Shown piece after piece: positions 15,665 to 24,694 of a stretch of 27,792 bases of DNA; within the stretch, counting starts at the first letter, position 1, and each line of letters begins with the position of its first letter. The translations under genes and the position numbers were made by a program. The notes beneath the pieces were generated by a model. That model searched no databases and was not told where the DNA came from. It was given only the letters and a program-made list of their open reading frames with translations. This stretch comes from an uncultured Opitutia bacterium (lineage in GTDB: Bacteria > Verrucomicrobiota > Verrucomicrobiia > Opitutales > UBA953), in NCBI GenBank assembly GCA_903840235.1, contig CAIMFE010000192.1, positions 1 through 27,792 of the forward strand, in the 5' to 3' direction.

Positions 15665-17362
15665 ATGAACACATCAAAAAAATATAATCCTCAACGATTA
15701 CTCTGGGCTGGCTTTTTTGCCATCTTGGCTGCTGGCGCTGGTTTTGCTATTCGCGGCGGAATTTTTGGAGCGTGGGCCGCTGAATACGGCTTCACCGCAA
15801 CACAACTCGGTGCCATTGGTGGTGCTGGTTTTTCAGGATTCTGTTTCGGTATCATCATTGGTGGCCTACTCGTTGATCGACTGGGCTACGGTAAATTAGT
15901 CGCCCTCGCATTTATCGGTCATATTATTTCTGCAGTGGTAACATTTGGAGCTACCGATGCTTCCAACGCTTACAGTTTCCTTTATTGGGGAATGTTTATT
16001 TTTGCTTATGCCAATGGCACTCTCGAAGCTGTCGCTAACCCTCTCATCGCAACCCTGTTCCCAGAAAAACGCGCACACTATTTAAATATTCTGCACGCTT
16101 CTTGGCCACTCGGCATGGTCGTCGGCGCACTCGCTACTTATATCCTCGGATCACTTCTGCATATCGGTTGGAAGGGACAACTCGCTTTCTACCTCGTGCC
16201 AACCGTTGGCTACGCATTACTCTTCTGGAACCAAAACTTCCCTAAATCTGAAGCCGCAGAAAAAGGTGCTGACTTGGGCGAAATGACGAGAGACGTCGGT
16301 ATTCTAGGCGGCGCAGTTATCTGCTACTTATTAACTTTATTTTTCCGAAATGCAATCGGCCTAGATTCAGCAACGTCTGTGACGGTAGGCGCACTGCTCC
16401 TTGTGGCGGTTGCTATGATTAGTCGTCATAGTAAAAAACTGGCTTTAGAAAGTATTGCCGTTTTGGCGGTATGCACACTGATTGCCCTCCAAGCGCAAAT
16501 CACCTTCGGACTCTCAAATACCGCAGGGCTGGCCATCACCATCGCATTAGTTTTAGGCCTCGGTATTACAATGAACTGGGCCCTTGGATCATTCCTGCTC
16601 TTTGTCCTTTTCGTTACTCACGCCCTTGTCGGCGCAGTTGAATTAGGAACTGATGGTTGGATTGAATCTATCACCGGAAATCTTTTTACAGCTGAACAGG
16701 GTAAATTTTTACTCATCTGGACCTCAGCAATTATGTTCGGATTAAGATTCTGCGTGGATCTCATTGAGAAGCGCTTAGGTCTTTCGCCGATTGGACTTCT
16801 CTTTGTCTCGGCAATCACTGCGTTCATTGGACTTCGACTGGCCAGCGGCATGGAGAGTTTCGCTGTCGCCCTTATCGCGCTAGGAATCTATGCATTCGGT
16901 AAAACCTTCTTCTGGCCAACCATGCTAGCCGTTGTCGGTGATCGCTTCCCGCGCTCAGGTGCCGTGGCGATGTCCATCTTGGGTGGAATTGGAATGCTCT
17001 CCGCCGGACTCGTGGGCGGTCCCGGCTTAGGCTACGCGAAAGATCGCTACACAGCCGAAGCACTCAGTAAAGATGCCCCTGCCGTTTATGAATCCGCTAA
17101 AGCATCAACCGTTTCTAATTATCTATTCTTAAAACCGGTCACCGCGGTTGATGGAGCTAAATTAGAAGCCGCGAAACAAGCCGGCGAAAAAGGCACCCCG
17201 GATCAAAAAGCTATCGTGAAAGCTAATCAGCAAGGCGATCGTGCCACTCTCAAAGCGGATTCTTATATCCCGCTCAGCATGGCGATTATCTATTTACTGC
17301 TACTCTTCTACTTCAAACAAATCGGTGGATACCGTGCGCTCAAAATTGATGAGCAAAGTTAG
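15665..17362 (+). CDS. Major facilitator superfamily transporter, 565 aa, with internal duplication
   Basis: MFS motif [53 protein letters not shown]; many TM helices. Confidence 0.9.
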   Translation: MNTSKKYNPQRLLWAGFFAILAAGAGFAIRGGIFGAWAAEYGFTATQLGAIGGAGFSGFCFGIIIGGLLVDRLGYGKLVALAFIGHIISAVVTFGATDASNAYSFLYWGMFIFAYANGTLEAVANPLIATLFPEKRAHYLNILHASWPLGMVVGALATYILGSLLHIGWKGQLAFYLVPTVGYALLFWNQNFPKSEAAEKGADLGEMTRDVGILGGAVICYLLTLFFRNAIGLDSATSVTVGALLLVAVAMISRHSKKLALESIAVLAVCTLIALQAQITFGLSNTAGLAITIALVLGLGITMNWALGSFLLFVLFVTHALVGAVELGTDGWIESITGNLFTAEQGKFLLIWTSAIMFGLRFCVDLIEKRLGLSPIGLLFVSAITAFIGLRLASGMESFAVALIALGIYAFGKTFFWPTMLAVVGDRFPRSGAVAMSILGGIGMLSAGLVGGPGLGYAKDRYTAEALSKDAPAVYESAKASTVSNYLFLKPVTAVDGAKLEAAKQAGEKGTPDQKAIVKANQQGDRATLKADSYIPLSMAIIYLLLLFYFKQIGGYRALKIDEQS

Positions 17363-17383
17363 CGAGTAGTTATTTATTCCTAC

Positions 17384-17415
17384 AAAAAAGGGCAGCCATT
17401 GGGCTGCCCTTTTTT
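17384..17415. terminator. Bidirectional Rho-independent terminator
   Basis: AAAAAAGGGCAGCC-ATTG-GGCTGCCCTTTTTT is a perfect 14-bp inverted repeat with U6 tails on both strands, between the convergent MFS and fucosidase genes. Confidence 0.93.
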
Positions 17416-17433
17416 ATGAACACTAACTCGGGG

Positions 17434-19254
17434 TTATTGACGAGGTGTTAAGATTACCGAACGGAGTCTCATTAACTCTTTACCGGTAATCGTCTCAGTC
17501 AGAACTTGGACATTCAGTTCACCAGGCTCCACGGTTACGGTGCCGAGATTTACTTCTACAGCTTCGCCCATTTTTGTGACTTCTCCTTTGAGTTTCTGAT
17601 TTCCGATTTCCACAACATAGGTACCGCCGAAGCTATCGGTGTTTTTCTTGATCACAGTTCCGCCATCAGTCTCAACCTTTTTGTCGGCAACGGGTGCGTC
17701 ATAGCTGACAACGACATCAAACGTTGTCTTTTGGTTTAGGCGAGAGGCCCACTTAACGCCGCACTCTTTCGACTTCCAATCGGTTACATTCATTGAAATG
17801 ATTTGGCCACGATTAAGTCTCCAACCAGCTTTATCGGTCTTACCTAATAATTCCGCTGAGAAAACACTGAGCTTATTAGGAAGGTTATTTTGTAGGAGAA
17901 AAGCTGCATCGCCAGTAGGCGCAGCCTTACACTTAACTAAAATAACCGTGTCAGATTGATCAGGCATATCTTTTGGAATATCGATTTCTAAATCGAGACC
18001 GATGCGTTTGATGGATAATTGTTTGTCTCGGTTTGATAAAAGAACAGCGCTTTCAACATCAGCCTTTAATCCGCCGACGACTAATTTTCCGTCCTTCGGC
18101 CAATCGAAGACGTGAAGGTAAAGGTTGTTTCCTTTTAGAGTAGAATCACCCCAGGCCTGACGCATGAGAGGAGTGCGGACCGTTCCGCGAATCGATTCAC
18201 CGTTCACATCCCACCACTTACCGATTTCGCTAAGTATGGCTAAATCCTCGGGCGCCATTTTTCCAGTGCCCATCGGGCCAATATTTAAGAGAAGATTTCC
18301 ACCCTTAGCCGCAGCCTTAGCTAGAATATGAATGAAGTGTGCGGGAGACTTATGGGTCTTATCTAACTTGTGATATCCATAAGAATTATTGGTGGTTGGA
18401 ATTGCTTCCCAGTCTTTCGCTTCAGGCTGAGTCATTGGACCAAACTCCACCGGACAATCAGGAGTCGAAAGGTAATCACCGTAGAGTGCTCCAGCCACAC
18501 GTCCGTTAATGATTAAATTAGGATCCTGCTTACGGAGGTAAGCTAAAATTTCTTCGTTAAGTTCTTTAGGATTATGGTGTGGCGTGTCTCCCCAGAAAAG
18601 TGCGGGATGATAATTTTTGATAAGCTCTTTGATTTGTGGGAAAACTTTTTTCTCTACAACAGCTTTGCGACGCTCTGGGCCGTTGGGCTCGGGATAACGA
18701 GGGTCACCTGAAATCGACCAGTCTTGAGCATGCGAATAATAGAAGCCGAGTTTTACTCCGTACTTATCGCACGCTGCTTTGAGTTCCTTCATCGGGTCTC
18801 GACCAAACTTACTCGTCTTTACGACATTATAGTCATCAACCTTCGAATCAAACATCGCGACACCATCGTGGTGCATGGAGGTGATCACAATATACTGCAT
18901 GCCTGTGGCTTTGACTGTCCTTACCCATTCATCCGCATTAAACTCTACAGGATTAAAAGGCTTCACTACTTTTTCTAAATACTCTTCGCGATTAATTTTC
19001 ATAATGCGCTGTAAGTGCTCAGCATAGCCTTCCACTTTCTGACCCTTCCACTCACCGCCAAAGCCGGAATAGACTCCCCAGTGGATGAACATACCAAACT
19101 TCGCCTCTCTCCACCATGCGAGGCGAGCATCCTTATTTGGATCCTCCGCCGAAGGAGTAATTTTAGCGGGTGCCGCGGGGGTGGTTTGCGCACGGATCTT
19201 CCAACTAGGGAAGATGGATAATACAGCGGTGATAATAAGCAGGGGTAATCGCAT
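17434..19254 (-). CDS. Alpha-L-fucosidase, glycoside hydrolase family 29, secreted
   Basis: Signal peptide; WWREAKFGMFIHWGVYS, ITSMHHDG, KLGFYYSH, LFWGD (nucleophile Asp), KGGNLLLNIGP, WWDVNGESIRGT; C-terminal beta-sandwich. Confidence 0.92.
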   Translation of the reverse strand: MRLPLLIITAVLSIFPSWKIRAQTTPAAPAKITPSAEDPNKDARLAWWREAKFGMFIHWGVYSGFGGEWKGQKVEGYAEHLQRIMKINREEYLEKVVKPFNPVEFNADEWVRTVKATGMQYIVITSMHHDGVAMFDSKVDDYNVVKTSKFGRDPMKELKAACDKYGVKLGFYYSHAQDWSISGDPRYPEPNGPERRKAVVEKKVFPQIKELIKNYHPALFWGDTPHHNPKELNEEILAYLRKQDPNLIINGRVAGALYGDYLSTPDCPVEFGPMTQPEAKDWEAIPTTNNSYGYHKLDKTHKSPAHFIHILAKAAAKGGNLLLNIGPMGTGKMAPEDLAILSEIGKWWDVNGESIRGTVRTPLMRQAWGDSTLKGNNLYLHVFDWPKDGKLVVGGLKADVESAVLLSNRDKQLSIKRIGLDLEIDIPKDMPDQSDTVILVKCKAAPTGDAAFLLQNNLPNKLSVFSAELLGKTDKAGWRLNRGQIISMNVTDWKSKECGVKWASRLNQKTTFDVVVSYDAPVADKKVETDGGTVIKKNTDSFGGTYVVEIGNQKLKGEVTKMGEAVEVNLGTVTVEPGELNVQVLTETITGKELMRLRSVILTPRQ

Positions 19255-19436
19255 AGAGTTTTAGATTCGGAACCTGGGGATTGGTTCCAATATTTAGATT
19301 AATTTTCAATTTCATCAGTATGAGCACAAGGTTTCTTTTCCCGTCATATATGAAGTTGAGGGGACATGGGGAGATACAATTTCATGCACTACCCCGTGTC
19401 ACCTTTACTCGTGCCCACTTGTCCCTTAAATTTTTC

Positions 19437-19524
19437 TGGCGGAGGGGAAGGGATTCGAACCCCCGGTACCTTGCGGTACATCTGATTTCGAATCAGACGC
19501 AATCGACCACTCTGCCACCCCTCC
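19437..19524 (-). tRNA. tRNA-Ser (anticodon CGA), 88 nt, CCA encoded
   Basis: GGAGGGG/CCCCTCC acceptor stem, G73 discriminator plus CCA, D-loop AGTGG, anticodon arm TCTGA-TTCGAAA-TCAGA, long variable arm GTACC-GCAA-GGTAC, TTCGAAT T-loop. Confidence 0.97.
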
Positions 19525-19629
19525 AAACCAGTACAATTGAGGAAGTCTGATGCCGTGATGTGGGCAAGCGGAAAGTGGATAATCTCTCGTCCCCTCCCAC
19601 CCTGCACACACTAATTCCAACCAATCAGA

Positions 19630-20223
19630 CTAAAAGCCGATTGAATTTCTGGAACCTTGTTTAGTAATCGTCTTCTCTTCTTCCCAGACCGCGAGTCCGG
19701 TTTTAACTTCGGTTAAGGAGAGTTGGAAAATATAGGACGCTTGTTGGACGCCCCTTGCTGATGCACGGTTCTCCAAAATTTTTCCTGAGAGCGTGTAATC
19801 AGGAAGAAGTGGCTTGGCTGATTCACCGGTGACTGCGGCCTGACTTTTACGCGCTTCAGCAGCAGCTTGATCTTCGGGGCCACCGAAACCAATCGCTTTA
19901 GCTACGCGGACTTTTCCACTCTTGGTTAATGAAACTGTCATCTTCTTAACTAACTGGCTGGTATCAAAATTACTTCCGGTATCGTTGGTAACACGACCCA
20001 CCATTAAAATAGGAGATCCGTCAGGACGCTTCGCACCCACAAATGCGGGGGAATCATATAAGGACTTCAACATCATGTCCGCTGCGAGGGCGAAGTCCTG
20101 AACGTTCACAGCATCTAAGCTCACGATACCACTGCCGTCATTGGCTTCGATATAACCTGCGTCGCGGGGGGACGAACAACCAGCGAGAGATAAGAGTGCT
20201 GCGGAGAGGAGTAATTTTTTCAT
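19630..20223 (-). CDS. lpoB: Penicillin-binding protein activator LpoB-like lipoprotein
   Basis: Lipobox LAGC; PILMVGRVTNDTGSNFDTSQLVKKMTVSLTKSGKV, DYTLSGKI, YIFQLSLTEVKTGLAVWEEEKTITK. Confidence 0.78.
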   Translation of the reverse strand: MKKLLLSAALLSLAGCSSPRDAGYIEANDGSGIVSLDAVNVQDFALAADMMLKSLYDSPAFVGAKRPDGSPILMVGRVTNDTGSNFDTSQLVKKMTVSLTKSGKVRVAKAIGFGGPEDQAAAEARKSQAAVTGESAKPLLPDYTLSGKILENRASARGVQQASYIFQLSLTEVKTGLAVWEEEKTITKQGSRNSIGF

Positions 20224-21698
20224 GGGTTTAGAATAATTTTGTGAAGGGAAAGTGGACCGCCTTTAGCCGGCGTTTTACAATATAATATTAAAGACTTTGC
20301 GTTAGGAACTGTAAATGAGATAGGCGGACGAGCGAGGCTATTTTGAATATTTAATTTCTCCGAAACGGGAACCACCAGTCTCACCATACTGATATTCTTA
20401 GGCAAAGTTGCCCAATTTCTAAGATCGGCCTGTGCTGACTGCGTCGTATAGGCATTAGTAGTAATGATTGTCGCTAAGTAAAGAAACCCAGCAGCTTGTG
20501 AATTATTACGACGATTATTTTCCTCGGCAGCTTTATTGGCAACATAGGCAGCGATTCCTTTAATGGTCGCCGAGGCCACCGCGCGAGTCTTCACAATGGG
20601 GAGTTCGTCATTGAATTCTCTAGCAACCATTCCATCTACACTCGCTAGCAGTGCAGGATTATAAGTTTCTGTTTTATACTTTATCGCTAGTGTATCTTGA
20701 TTAGGCACGGGCGAGATTTTCGGAAAAGCCACGCTCACGATAGGCGCATTGCGGTCAATGATGATGAGAGGTAACTGAAATTTGTGTTCAGTCCATACCG
20801 GGGCTTCGCCCGTTTCGTGCACCACGTAAATAATACATTTACCATCGACTGCGGGTCGACTGCCCGATGTGGCTGCCCAAATAGCATCTTCCTTAATAGA
20901 TGGATTTTGCGGAGCTAACGCTTGCGCGCGCTCGAGCGACTTCCGCGCTTTTTCAACATCCTCAATTCCTTGTGCGGTGTGTAAAAAGAAAACTCCATGC
21001 AGCCACACTGAAAGAGGATTCATGTAATCCTGATAAATAGGAAGTCCTACGAAATCCGCTATTGCCTGCGAGGTCGCCGAGTAAACTTCTGAACTTCTAA
21101 CAACCCCACCGGCACTAGAATTGCTGGCGTCAACATTACCCATCTCCTCTCGGGCGATGCGTTCTTTTTCTGCGACCATGCGCTTGGCATCTTCTTGTCT
21201 AAACAGTGCACGATTCAATGCCACACGCGCTTTAGCTTGGTCACCTAGTTCTAAATAATTCAAAGCCCGATAGGTGGCGGTCATAATGCGGTCGTAGGAT
21301 CGACCGCGATAAGGCAACGCATACGGATTGGAAAACGCCGAGATACTTTCCGCACTTAAAGAAACTTCTGCGCTAGCATCGTAGCTCTGATATAAATTTT
21401 CAACTGCTTCGAACATATCAACACTCTCTTTAATTTTTCCGGCCTCACGTTGTACATTTGCCAACTGTAATTTTAAAACCACTTCATTTTCTGGGGTGGC
21501 CTGAGCGACGAGCGATTGGGCCTCAATTAAGGAATTAGCATAGTCTCCCGAAGAATAAAGTGCCTGAAAATTTTTAGCCGACTCGGTGTAATTTGAGGCA
21601 CAACCTGTTAGAAGCATTACTAAAAGTAGCCAGAGTCCACCATTACGAACAATTTGTGTATCGTGTGAGGGTGCCAATTGGGATTTAGAGTAATCCAC
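20220..21698 (-). CDS. COG3014-like TPR-rich lipoprotein
   Basis: Lipobox LTGC, helical repeats, PYRGRSYDRIM, ARVALNRA, ADLRNWATLP; ATGA overlap with lpoB, a commonly seen pairing. The start codon is uncertain. Confidence 0.7.
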   Translation of the reverse strand: MDYSKSQLAPSHDTQIVRNGGLWLLLVMLLTGCASNYTESAKNFQALYSSGDYANSLIEAQSLVAQATPENEVVLKLQLANVQREAGKIKESVDMFEAVENLYQSYDASAEVSLSAESISAFSNPYALPYRGRSYDRIMTATYRALNYLELGDQAKARVALNRALFRQEDAKRMVAEKERIAREEMGNVDASNSSAGGVVRSSEVYSATSQAIADFVGLPIYQDYMNPLSVWLHGVFFLHTAQGIEDVEKARKSLERAQALAPQNPSIKEDAIWAATSGSRPAVDGKCIIYVVHETGEAPVWTEHKFQLPLIIIDRNAPIVSVAFPKISPVPNQDTLAIKYKTETYNPALLASVDGMVAREFNDELPIVKTRAVASATIKGIAAYVANKAAEENNRRNNSQAAGFLYLATIITTNAYTTQSAQADLRNWATLPKNISMVRLVVPVSEKLNIQNSLARPPISFTVPNAKSLILYCKTPAKGGPLSLHKIILNP

Positions 21699-21832
21699 AC
21701 AAACAGACTAGCCCTTCCATAATTGTTAATAAACCTTAAAGATATTAGTTCTAGCCGATTTCAGGTAAAGGATAGACAATTTTACTCGAAACCTAAAACT
21801 GTATCAGGTGTTGTATTGATGTAAGCCGACCG

Positions 21833-22483
21833 ATGATTTTACCCCACTTTAAATTAACTCTCCTTGTTCTTGGATTCGCACTAATTGCACCATTGAGCCG
21901 GGCCGATGTTGACCTTCAGAGCCTTGTCACCCGCTCCCCCTTCGGCGAAGGAAAGACTGGTGCAGGTGGCGAACGCGCAGGGTCTTTAGAGTTCCGCGGT
22001 TACTACGTCGATAACGGTATAACTTACTTCAGTATTTATAATCCGTCCTCCAAGTCATCGGTGTGGGTCACCCAAGGCGAAACCTCCACCACTCCCTTTG
22101 CCGTATCTGTCAAAAATTTTGATCCCGATAAAAATGCGGTAACCCTGGAGTCCAATGGCCAATCGATGAACCTCTTGCTTCATGAACCTGTAATTGTGAA
22201 AATGGATTTACCAGCGACACCCGCCGCCGCACCCGCTAATAATAATGGCGCAGCTCCAACAACACCCACCGCAGTCATTGGCTCAGCTAATGCCGGACAA
22301 GCAGCCACCGGCGAACAGGCCCAAAACTTTAAGGATACAATACGTCAACGCTGGCAAGATCGCCAAAATCAGAACAATGGAAATGAGAATGGTAAAAACA
22401 AAGGCAATAAAGCAGCTGAGACCACAACCACCACAGAAAATACCAACGCCGCAAAGAAAGGGCAGAAAAACAAAGTAAATTAA
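21833..22483 (+). CDS. GspC/PilP-like (HR domain) T2SS accessory protein with low-complexity tail
   Basis: First gene of the gsp operon; N-terminal hydrophobic segment; LEFRGYYVDNGITYFSI...WVTQGE...VKNFDPDKNAVTLESNGQSMNLLL resembles the GspC HR beta pattern. Confidence 0.5.
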   Translation: MILPHFKLTLLVLGFALIAPLSRADVDLQSLVTRSPFGEGKTGAGGERAGSLEFRGYYVDNGITYFSIYNPSSKSSVWVTQGETSTTPFAVSVKNFDPDKNAVTLESNGQSMNLLLHEPVIVKMDLPATPAAAPANNNGAAPTTPTAVIGSANAGQAATGEQAQNFKDTIRQRWQDRQNQNNGNENGKNKGNKAAETTTTTENTNAAKKGQKNKVN

Positions 22484-22486
22484 TTT

Positions 22487-22939
22487 ATGAATACTAATAA
22501 AAATCATCTCACTCAAATTCAGCGCGCTCGTCGCGGTTTTACGTTACTCGAAATTCTCATCGCCGTGGCCATCGTTGGCATGCTCGTGGGGCTCGCGGTA
22601 ACCAACACGGATAAAATTCTCGGGCAAAGTCAGGAAGGCGTCGCCAAACTTTTCGTGAATGAGTCACTCAAAACCTCTCTGGTGCGTTATCGCATCGACT
22701 TAGGCGATTACCCTTCAACCGACGAAGGCATCAAAGCACTCATCACCGCACCCGAAGGTAAAGCCGATCGCTGGCGCGGACCCTACATGGACGCCAAAGG
22801 TGGAAACCTACCCGTCGATCCCTGGGGACAGGCGTATCAATATCGCTACCCCGGAACACGTAATACTGAATCGTTTGATTTATTTTCCACGGGACGCGAT
22901 AAAGCTGCAGATACTCCTGACGATATTGGAAATTGGTGA
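22487..22939 (+). CDS. gspG: Type II secretion system major pseudopilin GspG
   Basis: RRG|FTLLEILIAVAI, YRIDLGDYPSTDEGIKAL, WRGPY, DPWGQAYQYRYPG, FDLFSTGRD. Confidence 0.96.
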   Translation: MNTNKNHLTQIQRARRGFTLLEILIAVAIVGMLVGLAVTNTDKILGQSQEGVAKLFVNESLKTSLVRYRIDLGDYPSTDEGIKALITAPEGKADRWRGPYMDAKGGNLPVDPWGQAYQYRYPGTRNTESFDLFSTGRDKAADTPDDIGNW

Positions 22940-23442
22940 GCAAGGGATCCACTCATTCACGGGGCGCTTTCACTCTCCTAGAAACACTTTTAGTTTTAGG
23001 TTTAATCAGCATGCTCGCCGCTGTGCTTATCGGTGGCTCAGCCTCATTATTAAAAGGCACCTCGCGTGAAGACCCCGAGGACGCCCTCCTCGCTCTTCTC
23101 CAAACAGTCCGACGCGAAGCGGTCGCTCAAGGAACTACCGTCATTTTAAAAACTGTACCCGACGAAGATGATCCCGATATCACTCACTATACTTGGGGTG
23201 AAAATAAAATAGAGAAGATGCCAATCTTGGCAGGCGTTAAAGTAAAAATTGTTGGGCCTGCAGTGAACGCAGCTATTATTCTCGGCGGAGAAATGGAAGA
23301 GTTACCTCTCGCTCAAATAAAATTTTATCCGGATGGAACCTGTGATCGGTTTCGTCTAGAAATTAATCGTAACGAGGCGCGACGCGTTCTGCCGATTGAC
23401 CACCTCACCTGCGCACCCCTGCCGGCCGAAAAAACCAGATGA
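22936..23442 (+). CDS. gspH: Minor pseudopilin GspH-like
   Basis: RGA|FTLLETLLVLGLI, VRREAV, IKFYPDGTC; GTG at 22936 overlaps the gspG stop (GTGA). Confidence 0.78.
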   Translation: MSKGSTHSRGAFTLLETLLVLGLISMLAAVLIGGSASLLKGTSREDPEDALLALLQTVRREAVAQGTTVILKTVPDEDDPDITHYTWGENKIEKMPILAGVKVKIVGPAVNAAIILGGEMEELPLAQIKFYPDGTCDRFRLEINRNEARRVLPIDHLTCAPLPAEKTR

Positions 23443-24050
23443 GGAAAAACGCTTTCACCCTGATTGAGGTTTTAGTGGCGCTCGCCATTTTTGCACTGGC
23501 TGCGGTAGGATTAGGCTCCGCCTACTCGAATGTTTTACTCAGCAGAATGGCCCTGAAAGAAAAAGGCGTGGGCGAAGAAGACTTTGCTCGGTGTCGCGCG
23601 GCGATGCTCGAGACCGCTAATTTTGCAGATATCGAAAAAGGTGGGGACGTTTATTTACCCGACGACCGCATGGCGCGATGGAAGGGTAAAATTGAGCCAA
23701 CCACGGTCGCTGATTTATTTTGGGTAACTATCACCGTTGAAATACAAACTACCGCCGGGGGACCTTACGGAACTCCACGCGAACAGAGTCAGTGGATTCT
23801 CCGTCCCACTTGGTCCGTGGAAAGTGAGCGCGCCAAACTTCTCGCTGATGCGAAAGAACGACTTTTAAAAACCCGCGGGTACGATGAGGAGACCGGCGGA
23901 GGCACTTCCTTTATCAGCAAAGCCTCTACCAAAAACAACCAGGGTAATAATAACCAAAATAATAATTCTAATAAAAAACCTGATAATAATTCGGGAAATA
24001 AGCCCGATCCGACCAAAAACACCGGAGGAAAAACTCCCGTCATTCAATGA
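23439..24050 (+). CDS. gspI: Minor pseudopilin GspI-like with Asn-rich C-terminal tail
   Basis: KNA|FTLIEVLVALAIFALAAVG; position after gspH; ATGA overlaps at both ends. Confidence 0.78.
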   Translation: MRKNAFTLIEVLVALAIFALAAVGLGSAYSNVLLSRMALKEKGVGEEDFARCRAAMLETANFADIEKGGDVYLPDDRMARWKGKIEPTTVADLFWVTITVEIQTTAGGPYGTPREQSQWILRPTWSVESERAKLLADAKERLLKTRGYDEETGGGTSFISKASTKNNQGNNNQNNNSNKKPDNNSGNKPDPTKNTGGKTPVIQ

Positions 24051-24694
24051 TGACCTCGGCGACAATCAAAAAAGGGTTCACGCTCTTGGAAACCTTAGTT
24101 TCTCTTGTGCTCTTGGGCATACTCTTGGTTACCTTGAATACTTTCTTATTCTCGATGAGTGAGCTGTGGGGCGGAGGCAGAGACCAAAGATTGTTCGATC
24201 AACATGTTCGGGCCGCCACACGCATTCTCAAAGAAACTCTAAATCAAACGACCATTGGACCGGGCGCCCTGGGTTGTACGATTAAAGATATTACCGACGT
24301 CGATGGAGTCGTCGCACCCCGAATTACTTTTCTACTGACTGATGCCGGACGTCTAGCCGATTGGCCGGAGGCCCCTTTACCCGATGTTGATTTTTCACTC
24401 TTCGTGAACCCCGAACGCGGATTAATCCTGCAATGGCAATCACGTCTAGAAATCGAGCGAGATTTAAACGATATCCATGAAACCGTCATGTCGCCTTTTG
24501 TGACTTCTATCGCGTACGACTATTTCGATGGTGATCTTAAAAAATGGAAATGTGAAGAGGCCCCGATTCGGGATACTTCAGGCAGTGCCTATCTGCAACC
24601 CGCACGATTGCGCATTCGTTATGCACACGGAAATTTCAAAACTGAAACAGTGATTGATATCCCCATTCGCCGTCGGGGGGCAAGCCGTCCATGA
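24047..24694 (+). CDS. gspJ: Minor pseudopilin GspJ-like
   Basis: KKG|FTLLETLVSLVLLGILL; position between gspI and gspK. Confidence 0.78.
   Translation: MMTSATIKKGFTLLETLVSLVLLGILLVTLNTFLFSMSELWGGGRDQRLFDQHVRAATRILKETLNQTTIGPGALGCTIKDITDVDGVVAPRITFLLTDAGRLADWPEAPLPDVDFSLFVNPERGLILQWQSRLEIERDLNDIHETVMSPFVTSIAYDYFDGDLKKWKCEEAPIRDTSGSAYLQPARLRIRYAHGNFKTETVIDIPIRRRGASRP

Noticed and set aside
19360-19426. GGGACA...TGTCCC inverted repeat downstream of the tRNA
   Set aside because: Only about 6-7 bp of pairing over a 60-nt span with no U-tract; not enough to call a terminator or mobile-element end.
19281-19620. Short ORFs 19281..19550, 19389..19607 and 19426..19620
   Set aside because: They overlap the tRNA-Ser gene and have no protein-like features.
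22936-23470. Ala instead of Gly at the -1 prepilin cleavage position in GspH and GspI
   Set aside because: Ala at -1 is a known tolerated variant for prepilin peptidases.
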